This document shows, one piece after another, positions 10,964-22,417 of a DNA stretch of 64,000 nucleotides. This stretch comes from an uncultured cyanobacterium. GTDB lineage: Bacteria; Cyanobacteriota; Cyanobacteriia; Cyanobacteriales; Cyanobacteriaceae. The stretch spans positions 448,001 to 512,000 of the forward strand of contig CAVQBA010000004.1 of assembly GCA_963710605.1 (NCBI GenBank). Reading direction: 5' to 3'. The position numbers and the translations under genes are program-made. Every line of letters starts with the position of its first letter. Positions within the stretch are counted from its first letter, which is position 1. The notes under the pieces were generated by a model. It saw only the letters and a list, made by a program, of their open reading frames with translations. It did not search any database and was not told where the DNA came from.

Positions 10964-11242
10964 ATGTTAGAAGAAGATTATTTAGACACGGCTTTAGGGT
11001 TAATGATATTTTGCTTCGGATGGGGAATTTTTGCTTACTTATTTTTGTTTACAAATGGAAGTAGCGATTCATTAGGATTAGCTGTATCTGCTAGTGGGTT
11101 TATTAGTCCTACTTATAATATTGAGCCTCATGGTATTTGGCGTTTATTAGTAGGTATATTATGTTTAATTGGCAGTCTTTGTTGTGGTAGTTTGAGTGTT
11201 TATTCTATTTATCTTTATATAAAAGACAAAAAAGCAAACTGA
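10964..11242 (+). CDS. Hypothetical 2-TM membrane protein
   Basis: 92 aa, two hydrophobic segments, basic C-terminus. Confidence 0.65.
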   Translation: MLEEDYLDTALGLMIFCFGWGIFAYLFLFTNGSSDSLGLAVSASGFISPTYNIEPHGIWRLLVGILCLIGSLCCGSLSVYSIYLYIKDKKAN

Positions 11243-11301
11243 TCAAGATTAATCAAACTTGAAAATTGATAACGATCGTAAGTAAGATCGTTTATCACAA
11301 A

Positions 11302-11460
11302 ATAGGATACGCAATTATTAATTATAATCTTTAATAAATTGATTAATAACTTAGTTGTAAAGCATCATTAATTTTCATTATCTTTTTAGTGTTAAATGTT
11401 GGGTTTCGCTTTTGGGATGTCTGGTGTCTATATTAAGTAACTAGGCTCAACTAAAGCTAC
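11302..11460 (+). repeat. GTAG-REP doublet repeat R3 (degenerate left end)
   Basis: ATAGGATACG..ATTATAATCTT..AATGTTGGGTTTCGCTTTT..GCTCAAC..CTAC. Confidence 0.75.
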
Positions 11461-11485
11461 AAGTCGATCGTTAGTACTCTAATCC

Positions 11486-12124
11486 TTAACTAAAAGTAAT
11501 TAATAAATTATACTTAATACTAGCTAAAGACATATGATATAGTACCAATAAAACTAGTTTTTCGTCTGCAAGAATATCAGCTTTATCGAATAATTCATCA
11601 ACTTTTGAATCGTATAAAGAATCAAAATTTGTACTATACGTACCTAAATCAAATTTTAATTGATTTGCTAATTTTTTTAATTCATTACGAAGACTAATAC
11701 TCGAACCTAAAGTATTTAAAAATCGATCGGGTACATATATATTTTTAAAGTCAACTGGTACATAATATCCACTACCATTTAGTTGGGAATGTAAGATCAA
11801 ATGTGACTGCTTTTTTCCAAAAATCTCTGATAAAATCTCATTTGTGTAATTTGTTGTCTTGTCAAAAAGTAACGAATCACTTTGGGGTGTCCATTTGGGA
11901 TTGTATTCTAATTCGATTGCAATAATTTTTAAATTTTTAAATGCCTTTCTTACCCATCTAGACAACTGTATAGAGGAAGGTTCAATCTCATTTGGTAATG
12001 TATCACTTAACTTTACGTCATAATTATCAAGACCATAAGAATTCAATTTGTCGTTAACATATTTGTAACGTTCAAAAAAGAATTCACTCTTTAAATCTTC
12101 CATCAATTCAATAAATACAGACAT
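11486..12124 (-). CDS. Hypothetical protein
   Basis: 212-aa ORF, no recognised motif. Confidence 0.7.
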   Translation of the reverse strand: MSVFIELMEDLKSEFFFERYKYVNDKLNSYGLDNYDVKLSDTLPNEIEPSSIQLSRWVRKAFKNLKIIAIELEYNPKWTPQSDSLLFDKTTNYTNEILSEIFGKKQSHLILHSQLNGSGYYVPVDFKNIYVPDRFLNTLGSSISLRNELKKLANQLKFDLGTYSTNFDSLYDSKVDELFDKADILADEKLVLLVLYHMSLASIKYNLLITFS

Positions 12125-12169
12125 TATTTTTATAAACTATCATCAAATACGATCGCTTATCTTAATAAA

Positions 12170-12333
12170 ATAGGATACGTAATTACTAATTATAATCTTC
12201 AATAAATTTATTAATAACTTAGTTGTAACCCATCGTTAATTTTCATTATGTTTTTAGTGTGTTGAATGTTGGGTTTCGCTTTTATAATGTATCGTTTGTA
12301 TATTAGGTAATTAGTCGCTCAACCACAACCTAC
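12170..12333 (+). repeat. GTAG-REP doublet repeat R4
   Basis: Close to R3 throughout; ends GCTCAACCACAACCTAC. Confidence 0.78.
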
Positions 12334-12380
12334 AAGACGATCGTACTACCACTGCTTGCGATCGTCAATCAATCAGTTAT

Positions 12381-12917
12381 TCATTTGTTAACATTATTTT
12401 TTTCTTCTATTTTTTGTAATGCTTCTTTAAACTCTGATATTAAATCTCTTATAAATGAAGGAATAGCAAATCCAATGATTATCCAAATAATCCCAGAAAT
12501 TTGTATTTGTTTAGAAATGTTTGAAAGATGAACTAAACCACCTAACAAGAGTGGAATGATACCGAGTAAGCTATATATTGGAGAGGAAAACATAGATTTA
12601 TAAGGAATTGCTTTACCCTTTTCATTAAATGTTATCCTTATACTACTTCCAAACAAAGTATATAAAGTTTTACTAATTATTTGATTTTGGTTATATTTAA
12701 TAATGGCAAAAATATAATTAACTGATAAAAAATTAAAAAATCTCTCAAAGATATAATTTTTAGAACTATCAATCAAATCTTCATCTTTATTAACTTTTCT
12801 TATTTTATAAATAGATGAATATTTTTGAAGATAATAAAAATTATTTAACCAAATAAATATACTTACAGATAAAGCTATTAACAATTCGATAAACATACAT
12901 ATAATTATTGTTTTCAT
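12381..12917 (-). CDS. Hypothetical membrane protein
   Basis: 178 aa, three hydrophobic segments, very AT-rich. Confidence 0.6.
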   Translation of the reverse strand: MKTIIICMFIELLIALSVSIFIWLNNFYYLQKYSSIYKIRKVNKDEDLIDSSKNYIFERFFNFLSVNYIFAIIKYNQNQIISKTLYTLFGSSIRITFNEKGKAIPYKSMFSSPIYSLLGIIPLLLGGLVHLSNISKQIQISGIIWIIIGFAIPSFIRDLISEFKEALQKIEEKNNVNK

Positions 12918-13139
12918 TTTAATCTTGATGATAGTAAATCAAATAATTTTGTAAAAATGACAGGTACGAAAATACCTTGTTTGATACCATAATTAACAAA
13001 AGCTGTAGGATTAATCTCTCGAAAAAACTGTGTCACCTATTTTTTTTGATTTTAACGCCATCAAGAAATAATCATTAAATTTTGTACTTACGCCCTTAAT
13101 CCATTGAATAGCTTCAGGACTAAGTGTAACTGTATCAGT

Positions 13140-13253
13140 CGTAACTTATCATCAGCTTTTATTACGTTTCTAATTGTATTAAATGTTAGATTTTGCCTTT
13201 ACTAAGATGTATCGTTTATCTATTAAGTAATTATTCGCTCAACCACAACCTAC
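13140..13253 (+). repeat. GTAG-REP doublet repeat R5 (left-truncated)
   Basis: Ends TCGCTCAACCACAACCTACAAGAC identical to R4. Confidence 0.7.
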
Positions 13254-13566
13254 AAGACTAATAATCAAGAAAGACGATCGCACTCTTTTATAATTGTCCT
13301 TAATATTACAGCAACTTTTAAAACAATAACTAATCGATCGAAAATTAAAAATCCTGTTAATCAATTAATCTTGTCTAATCTTGATATAGACAGTGGAGAA
13401 ATAGGTAGTCCTTATCGTCAAATCCATTTGTCTATTTATTATTGGTTATTCGATCGATGTTATGATTAAGTTTTATGTAGTTAATTTTACTATTGCTTCT
13501 TTTCCCTACACAAAAAGTAAGTAGAGAAAGCCGATTGTAATTGATAGTTACCAAGTAAAATAATTT

Positions 13567-15360
13567 ATGAAAACTAAAACACAAGATAATGACTGGGGAT
13601 TATTATTAAAACTTCTTCCTTACGCTAAGAAAAATTCTCGGACATTAATTATTTCCTTATGTTTACTAATTCCCTTATCCCTAGCTGGTGCGGTGCAACC
13701 ATTACTTGTTGGGCAAGCTATTTCTTTATTAAAAGAAGAAGAAACATGGGATTTTTTGCAATCTTATCCGTTATCCCAATCATTAGATATACTGGGTTTG
13801 ATTTTACTTTTTTCAATTATAATCAGAACAGGTTTTCAAGCATGGCAAGGGTTTTTAGTCCAAAAAGTGGGGCAAGAAGTTACCGCCTCTGTACGCCAAG
13901 ATTTATTTAGTCATGTTACTTCTTTATCGTCTAATTTTTTCCACAAAACTCCTGTCGGTAAATTAGTTACTCGTATTACTAGTGATGTGGAAGCTTTAGG
14001 AGATGTTTTTGCTACAGGTGCGATCGGTATCCTCAGCGATTTGGTTTATATTTTAGTTATCATCATCACTATCTTTACTTTACAGTGGCAACTCGCTTCT
14101 TTATTAGTAGCAATGTTGATTCCCGTCACCGCATTAATTATTTATTTCCAAAAACAATACCGTAAAGCTAACTATGCCGCCCGTGAAGAATTATCGGTTT
14201 TAAACTCGATGTTACAAGAAAATGTTGTCGGTATTAATATCGTGCAATTATTTGGACGAGAAAAGTATAACAGTGAAATGTATCGTACTGCAAACGATCG
14301 TTATCGTATTGCTGTGGATAAAACAATCTTTCATGATTCGGCTGTCTCGGCTACTTTAGAATGGATTGCGTTAGTAGCGATCGCTGGAGTATTATGGTTA
14401 GGAGCAGTTTTTATCCTCCAAGACACACTTAGTATTGGTGCATTAAGTGCTTTTATTTTATACGCTCAACGTTTATTTGATCCTCTGAGACAATTTGCCG
14501 ACAAATTTACCATGTTTCAATCGGGATTCACGGCTATCGAAAGAATTACCGAATTGATGAGTATTCCTGCTGAGATTAAAGACCAAGATAATAATATCAG
14601 TTTGGGAACACATAGCGATCGAAATAGAATTGGCGAAATCAGATTTGAAAACGTTTGGTTTGGTTATAAAGCCGATGAATATATCCTAAAAGACTTAGAC
14701 TTTACCATCAAACCAGGTGAGAAAATTGCTTTAGTTGGTCCTACTGGTGCGGGTAAAAGCTCAATAATTCGTTTGCTATGCCGTCTATACGAGCCAAACC
14801 AAGGGCGTATTTTAGTTGATGGGGTGGATATTAAAGACATCGATCAAGCCGAGTTACGTCGTCATATCGGCGTAATTTTACAAGAAAGTTTTATTTTTGC
14901 AGGGGATGTTAAACGTAATATCACTTTAGGCGAAGAATACGATTTTAATCAAATTAAAAAAGCCGCTGAAATTACCAACGTCGATCGATTTATTACCAAC
15001 TTACCTGAAAGTTATGATACCCAATTAAGAGAAAGAGGGGCAAATCTGTCTGGAGGGCAAAAACAACTACTCGCTTTTGCTAGAGTCGCTATTCGTAATC
15101 CTAATATTTTAGTTTTAGATGAAGCAACTTCAAGTTTGGATGTAGCTACAGAAGCAGATACCCAACAAGCGTTAGAACATTTATTAGTAGGTAAAACAGC
15201 AATTATTATTGCTCACCGTCTTTCTACTATTCGTAATGTCGATCGTATTTTTGTACTCAAACAAGGAGAATTGATCGAATCGGGTAGTCACGAACAATTA
15301 TTAAGACAAGATGGATTGTATGCTAGTTTATACAAATTACAAATGTTGAGCAAAGCGTAG
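13567..15360 (+). CDS. ABC exporter, fused permease/ATPase (MsbA-like)
   Basis: TM domain then Walker A GPTGAGKS, LSGGQ, ILVLDEATS. Confidence 0.95.
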   Translation: MKTKTQDNDWGLLLKLLPYAKKNSRTLIISLCLLIPLSLAGAVQPLLVGQAISLLKEEETWDFLQSYPLSQSLDILGLILLFSIIIRTGFQAWQGFLVQKVGQEVTASVRQDLFSHVTSLSSNFFHKTPVGKLVTRITSDVEALGDVFATGAIGILSDLVYILVIIITIFTLQWQLASLLVAMLIPVTALIIYFQKQYRKANYAAREELSVLNSMLQENVVGINIVQLFGREKYNSEMYRTANDRYRIAVDKTIFHDSAVSATLEWIALVAIAGVLWLGAVFILQDTLSIGALSAFILYAQRLFDPLRQFADKFTMFQSGFTAIERITELMSIPAEIKDQDNNISLGTHSDRNRIGEIRFENVWFGYKADEYILKDLDFTIKPGEKIALVGPTGAGKSSIIRLLCRLYEPNQGRILVDGVDIKDIDQAELRRHIGVILQESFIFAGDVKRNITLGEEYDFNQIKKAAEITNVDRFITNLPESYDTQLRERGANLSGGQKQLLAFARVAIRNPNILVLDEATSSLDVATEADTQQALEHLLVGKTAIIIAHRLSTIRNVDRIFVLKQGELIESGSHEQLLRQDGLYASLYKLQMLSKA

Positions 15361-15450
15361 ATTAAGAATTGAGAATTGAGAATTGAGAATATACTCATGA
15401 TCATTGTAAAAATTATTACTTATTTACTGTAAATTATCTTTCACTAATTT

Positions 15451-17421
15451 ATGTCTAAACCACGTTTTCAATTCAATAAACAATTATGGCAACGTTTTAT
15501 TGAATCAGCCCAACCTTACTTTTTTCCCTGTAGAAAGACGACAGACAAGAATTTTTTTAGGCTTGATTCTGGTTTTGCTTGTCTTTGTTGTTTCTTTTAC
15601 TTTCTTTTTTACTGTTGCTTTAACTGAGTTAGCAAAAGCACTTTTTCCTGAATTTTTTGGTAAAGCCGCTCAAGGTTTGATTGAAAATGTCGATAATTTA
15701 CTGGCTTCTCCTGCACCTTATGTCTTTGTTGTATTGTTGATTGGTAGTATTTTAATTTTTGCTTCTCAACGTCAAAAATTGAGACAACGTTTGCCTCAAT
15801 GGTCGTTATTAGGGGTTTTACTGTTTTTATTATTCGTTGTTAATGGCTTGAATGTTATTTTGAGTTTTGCTTTCCGTTTGATAGATAATGCCCTCAATGA
15901 GAAAAACACCGAAATTTTCTGGCAAAACATGATTATCTATGGAATTGTTTTGGTGTTAGCAATTCCGATTATTGTTGGTTATCGATATATAAGACAAAAG
16001 TTAGGTTTGTTATGGCGAGAATGGTTGACTAAATATTTTCTCGATCGTTATTTTCGTCAACGGGCATATTATGAGTTAGATTCGAATTCTATTAATACTA
16101 ATATAGATAATCCAGATCAACGTATTACCCAAGATATACAATCATTTACGGCTGTTACTCTTGACTTTTTATTAGATATTCTCGATTCGATTCTTACTCT
16201 ATTTTCGTTTACTGCAATTTTATATGGTATTTCTACAACCTTAACTGGGGGATTATTAATTTATGCCACTTTTGGTACGGTTGTCGCTATTGTGGTGGGT
16301 GCGCGTTTAATCAGCATCAATTACGAGCAATTACGTTTAGAAGCTAACTTTCGTTACAATATGGTGAGGGTAAGAGATAACGCCGAATCGATCGCTTTTT
16401 ATCAAGGTGAGCAGTTAGAAAAAAGACAGGTTATCGATCGTTTAATGGATGCTGTCAGAAACTTTGATTTATTAATTATTTGGCAATCGATTATCGTTTT
16501 ATTCCAGTTAGGATATAACTATTTTACTCGCTTGATTCCTTATCTAATTATCGCTCCGCTATATTTTGCAGGAGAAGCTGATTTTGGTGCAATCGGGCAA
16601 GCGGCTTTCGCTTTTTCGATGGTATTAAGTGCTTTATCTTTAATCACTAACCAAATTCAAAGTATTAGTGGATTTGCCGCTAGTGTCAACCGTTTAGGAG
16701 AGTTTTATGAGTCTTTAGACGATCCCAGTGGAGAAAAAAGAAATCCTAAATTTACTAGTATTTTAACTGAAATAGACGATCGTATTAGTCTAGAAAACGT
16801 CACTTTACAACCACCTAATTCCGATCGAATTTTAATTCAAGACTTATCATTAGTCGTTAACCCAGAAGAAAATTTATTAATCATGGGTGCATCGGCAGTG
16901 GTAAAAGTTCGCTCCTTAGAGCAATAGCAGGATTGTGGAATACAGGAGATGGTGTTATTAATCGCCCCAACCTAGAAAACTTGTTATTTTTACCTCAACG
17001 CCCTTACATGATTTTGGGTACATTAAGAGAACAATTACTTTATCCTAATACCGCCAATCAAGTTGATAACGATTATCTACAACATATATTAGAGACAGTT
17101 AATTTACCTAATTTAGCCGAACGTTTTACCGATGGATTTGATACCAAAGAAAATTGGGAAAATGTGTTATCTTTAGGAGAACAACAACGGGTTGCATTTG
17201 CTAGAGTTTTAATTAGTCAACCTCGTTATGCCATCTTAGACGAAGCGACAAGTGCCTTAGATGTCAACAATGAAGAAGTACTTTATCAAAAACTTGCCTC
17301 TCAGGGAACAACTTATGTCAGTGTAGGGCATAGACCAACTTTAACCGATTATCATCAACAGTTGTTGGAAATTACCGAAGGAGGAGAATGGGAGATAAAA
17401 CAGATAACGTGCGAACAGTGA
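15451..17421 (+). pseudogene. ABC transporter permease/ATPase (ABCD/YddA-like) with two apparent frameshifts (or sequencing errors)
   Basis: ATG 15451 gives MSKPRFQF...AQPYFFP, one extra base in T6C3 run ~15520-15528; DNPDQRI and NAESIAFY motifs; one G missing at ~16894 in Walker A (GASG-SGKSSLLRAIAGLW); LSLGEQQR, ILDEATSALD. Confidence 0.85.
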
Positions 17422-17578
17422 ACAGTGAACAACTTAAATAATGGACAATTGACAATTGACAGTTGACAATTAATATTTCTTACTCATTACTCCTTACTCA
17501 TTACTCATTACTCATTTAATGGCTGGGGCGAGAAATTTATCTAGCCCCAAAAATACAACTCATACAAATACTACAAAG

Positions 17579-18013
17579 TTAAACTTCGTAGGGAGCTTTT
17601 CCAGAAAACTTGAGAGTAACAGGTTCGGGGTTATCACCAATTTTTCTGTCTTTTTTACCATCAAATGGTCTACCTTCGTTGACTTTTTCAGGAAAGACAC
17701 CATCAGCAGGATGAATGAATGTAACATCACCATCAGGAGTAATACGATAAACTTTATATTCATTAATTCTTGGTTTGATTTTAGTACGTAATGTAGCACC
17801 TAAAGCCAAACATTGCTCTTTACGAGCAAGATATAATAAGTTATCGCCTTCGTTCATGACAGCGGCGCCACCAGTAGGCATTTCAAAAACTTGCTCTTTT
17901 GGACTACTCCAAGTGATAGCGTATTTTTCCTCTCTTTCGGCTGCACTAAGCAAACCGCCAGTGCTACCACCGAATTTGGGCATTGTTCCGGTTAATTGAA
18001 TTGTTTCGCTCAT
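17579..18013 (-). CDS. psaD: Photosystem I subunit II
   Basis: [41 protein letters not shown]. Confidence 0.98.
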   Translation of the reverse strand: MSETIQLTGTMPKFGGSTGGLLSAAEREEKYAITWSSPKEQVFEMPTGGAAVMNEGDNLLYLARKEQCLALGATLRTKIKPRINEYKVYRITPDGDVTFIHPADGVFPEKVNEGRPFDGKKDRKIGDNPEPVTLKFSGKAPYEV

Positions 18014-18080
18014 AAAGATATTATTTTTATCTATATATGATTTACTATCTAGGCAATGCTACCATTTGGATAACCACTCT

Positions 18081-18116
18081 TGTTCATGTTTGTTATGAAC
18101 TGTAACAGTTTGTTAC
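18081..18116 (-). promoter_or_regulatory. HLR1-like (RpaB) direct repeats upstream of psaD
   Basis: Minus strand GTAACAAA-CT-GTTACAGT-TC-ATAACAAA, 10-bp periodicity; PSI promoters are established RpaB targets. Confidence 0.55.
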
Positions 18117-18553
18117 TCTGGAGTCTTTATTGTGTCGTAATTTAAACTTTAATTTCGCTCAGAGACATGATCAAAATCAGTTTATTTGAAGATGAGCGTC
18201 AAGATAGATATTTCATTTGTGCCATTGTTTTCTGATTAATCTTACTTTGATTTTTATCTATATCTTCGATTCTTTTTCCAGTAATAAAAACGATACCTTA
18301 ATCAGTATTCGGTTATTGTAATATTTAATTTTTTAGTAAACGAAGTTAGGTCAATTTTTTCTAAGTTCGAGATGTACTAAATAATGAATTGCTGATTATA
18401 GCCATGACAAAATAGTCAGATAAATAATAACTTAATTTTGATATCAAAATAACAAACAAAAAAAATGATTTAGAGTAAGATGAGTGATTATACTCTGTAT
18501 GTAACTCGATCGATTAAAATAATAGCTAATCATAAAATAAACTTTTTTTGAAG

Positions 18554-19449
18554 ATGCACAGTGAAAAACTAAATCCTGCTAATTTAGTCCGCAATTACGG
18601 ATTTTGGATGGCGGTACTTTTATCAACTTTAGTACTAATTAATTTAACCATTTTTTATAAAATGGACAACATTGCCCATGCAGGAATTAGTGGCTTATGT
18701 TGGTTAGCTATTTTTTCTTTATTATGGGATAGACGAAAAGAATTACAATTTAAACAGCAACTATTACCAATTGCAATTGGTGTAGTTTTAGTCGCTATCA
18801 ATTTATGGTTTAGTAAATCAATACCCAATACAAAAGAAAGTAACGTACTGAGTGTTATGCCTTTTGTTTTCTCCGTTGGTGCGGCTTTGATTGCTTCAGG
18901 TTTTCAGGGATTAAAGCAATTTAAAGAGTGAATTATTAATTGTTTTTATTCGTTGGTGTACCCAGAGTAATATTAGAGTTATATACTAATATATCTCCTA
19001 TTACGGCTAAAGTTTCTTCTTTTATACTTCATTATGCAGGTTTCCCTGTAACATTGGAAGGAGTCTTTATTTATTTACCAAAAGGTGCGATCGAAGTATA
19101 TGCAGGTTGCTCTGGTGTTGAGGCAATGACTTATGTACTAAGTATAGCGATCGTCTCTTTAATTATGTTCCCAATTCGTAAAAAAGATCAATATTATGTA
19201 CCTATTCTTGCTTTAGCAATCGGTTTTGTTGTCAATGCTTTTAGAGTAGTTTTAATGGCTATTTTAGTTAATAGCGGTCGAATGGAAGCTTTTAAATATT
19301 GGCATGAAGGTGAAGGTTCATTAATTTTTGGTATGATTGCAGTCTGTACTTTTGCTGGATTTTATTGGCTTTTAATGAATAAAGCTGATAACAGTAATAA
19401 AATAAATAGCCATAACGAAACTGCTATACGAGAAGAAAGCTTTTTTTAA
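18554..19449 (+). pseudogene. crtA: Cyanoexosortase A-like exosortase, split at ~18922-18941
   Basis: Multi-TM; EVYAGCSG, VNAFRV, FKYWHEGEG (Cys-Arg-His triad); stops at 18929 and 18937 in the two long frames require two lesions. Confidence 0.75.
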
Positions 19450-19477
19450 TTTGTTATTAGTTTAAGATCAATTAAGT

Positions 19478-20794
19478 ATGAAACCTGCCTTAGTTAGCCG
19501 TATTATACCCGAAACGATCGCCTCTGAAATAGGTTTTGAAATCGGAGACAAAATCGTTACCATCAATGGAGTACAACCTAGAGACTTAATTGATTATCAA
19601 TTTCTTTGTAGTGACGAATTTTTAGAACTTGAAGTTGTTGACAAATGGGGTAAAAATCATCTTATCGATATCGAAAAAGATTACGATGAGGATTTAGGTT
19701 TAGAATTTGAAAATGCCCTTTTTGATGGTTTGATTCAATGTAACAATAATTGCCCTTTTTGTTTTATCGATCAACAACCTCCGGGGAAAAGAGATACTCT
19801 TTATCTTAAAGATGATGATTATCGCTTAAGTTTTCTTTATGGTAGTTATTTAACTTTAACTAATTTAACGGCAAAAGAATGGAATCGAATTGAACAAATG
19901 CGTTTGTCTCCTTTGTTTGTCTCTATTCACGCTACCGAGCCAGATATTCGGATTCGTTTACTTAAAAACCAACGTGCAGGAGAAATTAAAAATCAACTGG
20001 CATGGTTTCAAGAGCGACGTTTACAAATTCACGCTCAAGTGGTGGTTTGCCCTGATATTAATGATAAAGAGCATTTAGAGACGACTTTAAATGATTTGTT
20101 TTCTTTCCATCAAGGAGATATCCCTGCGGTTATTAGTGCGGCAGTTGTACCCGTCGGTTTAACTAAATTTCGTCCTAATGAAGATGAGTTAAAACCAGTT
20201 AGCCCAGAGAAAGCACAAGAAGTAATTCAACAAGTGCAAGCATTACAACAAAAATTCAAACAAAAATGTGGCTCTTATTTCGCTTGGTTAGCTGATGAAT
20301 GGTTTTTAATTGCAGGGCAAGATTTACCCCCTGAATCTGATTATGAAGATTATCCACAAATCGGTAATGGTGTTGGTTCGATTCGTTTGTTTATCAAAGA
20401 ATTTGAAGATACTGCTAATCAATGTTTACCAAGACAAATAAAAGAAACTAAAGAATATACTTGGATAGTCGGTAATGCAGTCGAAAATGCTTTTCAACCT
20501 TTAGTCAATCGTCTTAATCAAGTCAAAGGTTTAAAAGTTAATTTAATCGCTCTTAATAGTCTGTATTGGGGACAACAAATAACTGTAACTGGTTTGTTAA
20601 CAGGGCAAGATTTATTGTCACATCTTGAGGGTAAAACGATTAAAGGAGATATTTTGTTACCGACGGTGATGCTTAAACATGATGAAGATAAGTTTCTTGA
20701 TGATATGACGGTATCGGAAGTAGAAACTAAGTTAGGTACGATAATTCATCGTATCAAAGATATTCGACACTTGATGAGTTTTTGTAGTAGTTAA
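19478..20794 (+). CDS. PDZ-containing radical-SAM-like Fe-S protein (TIGR03279/DUF512 type)
   Basis: N-terminal PDZ-like segment; CNNNCPFCFIDQ; KDDDYRLSFL; PQIGNGVG. Confidence 0.88.
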   Translation: MKPALVSRIIPETIASEIGFEIGDKIVTINGVQPRDLIDYQFLCSDEFLELEVVDKWGKNHLIDIEKDYDEDLGLEFENALFDGLIQCNNNCPFCFIDQQPPGKRDTLYLKDDDYRLSFLYGSYLTLTNLTAKEWNRIEQMRLSPLFVSIHATEPDIRIRLLKNQRAGEIKNQLAWFQERRLQIHAQVVVCPDINDKEHLETTLNDLFSFHQGDIPAVISAAVVPVGLTKFRPNEDELKPVSPEKAQEVIQQVQALQQKFKQKCGSYFAWLADEWFLIAGQDLPPESDYEDYPQIGNGVGSIRLFIKEFEDTANQCLPRQIKETKEYTWIVGNAVENAFQPLVNRLNQVKGLKVNLIALNSLYWGQQITVTGLLTGQDLLSHLEGKTIKGDILLPTVMLKHDEDKFLDDMTVSEVETKLGTIIHRIKDIRHLMSFCSS

Positions 20795-20856
20795 TAATCA
20801 AAAAAGAAAACTTTGATATTTTGTCTTCACTAATTAATTTAATGCTACCTTAACAA

Positions 20857-22344
20857 CTATCGGCTTTTATATAATTGTATTCTCCCTGTACCTAAGTTAA
20901 AACCGACGGGATTATCACCATCGGGAAAGACGCTAATATGAAACTGGAAAGTACCTGAAAAGGGAGGATTTCGTTTAGCTTTAAGGACGATCGTGATAGT
21001 ATTATTAGCAGAAACTGGATTATCTAAAGATAGATTAATCGTTGGTGTCGAATCAGATGATAATGAAGCACTAATTGGTATCTCTGTTTTTTGATTATTA
21101 CTATCAACTACAAAGGCTGTAGTTTGCTCAAGTTTAAAATCAATATCTTCAGCATTCGCACTCGGTGTAATCATCACCTTTTTTAACGAGGAAGAAGAAT
21201 TTGCCGGCATTTGGATTTCTAGATAATATGTCGCATTGTAATATGAAGTTGTCTTATGAGGTGTTCTAAATGTAACTAGCTTGGGAGGAGTGCCAGTAAA
21301 GAGATTATTACGATTAACAGCTACAGTATTGTTAGTAACAGCAGATTTATTTTCATTGCGTGATGGTGTAGGAATAGAATTTTCTTCAACTTGATTTGGT
21401 ATTTTACCAAGAGACTCAACTACTTGTTGATTAGTTGTGGTTTGAGGAGTAAAATAAAAATCACCAATTAAAGAAGAAGATGTCCAAGGTACTTGTTCAT
21501 TATTAGTTTTTTGAGCGACATCAACACGAACTTTTTTAAAAACTTCTTCAATATTTTGATTTTGGTTATCTATATGTTTGAGTAACATCTCGGTAAATGT
21601 ACCATTTTTACCTGTACCATCTTGAGCTATATTCCCTGGTCCGGTCGCATAGGCAATAAAGCTACCTGTGGCACTATTATATACGGGTGCTAAGCCTTTA
21701 GTTATGGCGTTGCTACGACTCCAACTACGAGCAAAAGGATTGTCTCGACAAGCATCAAGAATAATGATATTAACATCATTTTGAGCATCTTCGATCGTGC
21801 CTAAAAGTTTTCCTAAAGGTAAGGTTTCGTAATTGACTTCACTAGCACTAGTTAAATCTGCATCTACAGGAATAAGATAGTTTTCGCCATTAACTTGTAC
21901 TCCATGCCCTGCGTAATAAAATAAACCGATCGCTCCTGAGGTTAGTTTCTGATAAAATTGCTTTAAACCTTGATCCATCGATCGTAAATCAGCATTAGTT
22001 AATAAAATTACCTCAAAACCCAAATTTCGTAATGAGCTAGCCATATCATTGGCATCGTTGATCGGATTACGTAAATTACCCCCATTTTGATATTCTGAAT
22101 TACCAACCACTAAAGCAACTCTTTTGGGTTGATTTTGGCTCAATAAAAAGTTATCACTAGAAAAAAATTGGTTGCTTGTATTAATGCTGGTAGCTGTCGA
22201 TAATGATTCAGTCAATTTTTGCTTGAAAGTAAATATAGGAGTCTTAGCATCTACCAAAGAAATATTGAGAGTAGAAGTAAATAAAGTTGTTACTGTAGTG
22301 ATAAAGAAATTACTTAATAATTGTTTTGATTTGTTTTTACTCAT
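20857..22344 (-). CDS. Caspase-family (peptidase C14) protein with N-terminal signal-like segment and C-terminal DUF2808-like domain
   Basis: ALVVGNSEY, LRNPINDA, FYYAGHG, ILDACR (His-Cys dyad), QVPW; C-terminus PPKL...RNPPFSGTFQF..VFPDGDNP..LGTGRI. Confidence 0.85.
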   Translation of the reverse strand: MSKNKSKQLLSNFFITTVTTLFTSTLNISLVDAKTPIFTFKQKLTESLSTATSINTSNQFFSSDNFLLSQNQPKRVALVVGNSEYQNGGNLRNPINDANDMASSLRNLGFEVILLTNADLRSMDQGLKQFYQKLTSGAIGLFYYAGHGVQVNGENYLIPVDADLTSASEVNYETLPLGKLLGTIEDAQNDVNIIILDACRDNPFARSWSRSNAITKGLAPVYNSATGSFIAYATGPGNIAQDGTGKNGTFTEMLLKHIDNQNQNIEEVFKKVRVDVAQKTNNEQVPWTSSSLIGDFYFTPQTTTNQQVVESLGKIPNQVEENSIPTPSRNENKSAVTNNTVAVNRNNLFTGTPPKLVTFRTPHKTTSYYNATYYLEIQMPANSSSSLKKVMITPSANAEDIDFKLEQTTAFVVDSNNQKTEIPISASLSSDSTPTINLSLDNPVSANNTITIVLKAKRNPPFSGTFQFHISVFPDGDNPVGFNLGTGRIQLYKSR

Positions 22345-22417
22345 AATTTTGTCTCAATAACTTCTCGCTCAAATCTTTATTTTTTACTTTTACTTTTTAG
22401 TTGTGGCGTTGGTAAAG

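Noticed and set aside
9361-13253. CRISPR array or classical integron
   Set aside because: Repeats are ~165 bp and degenerate, spacers are whole genes in both orientations, and no cas or intI gene or clear attC R-box pattern is visible
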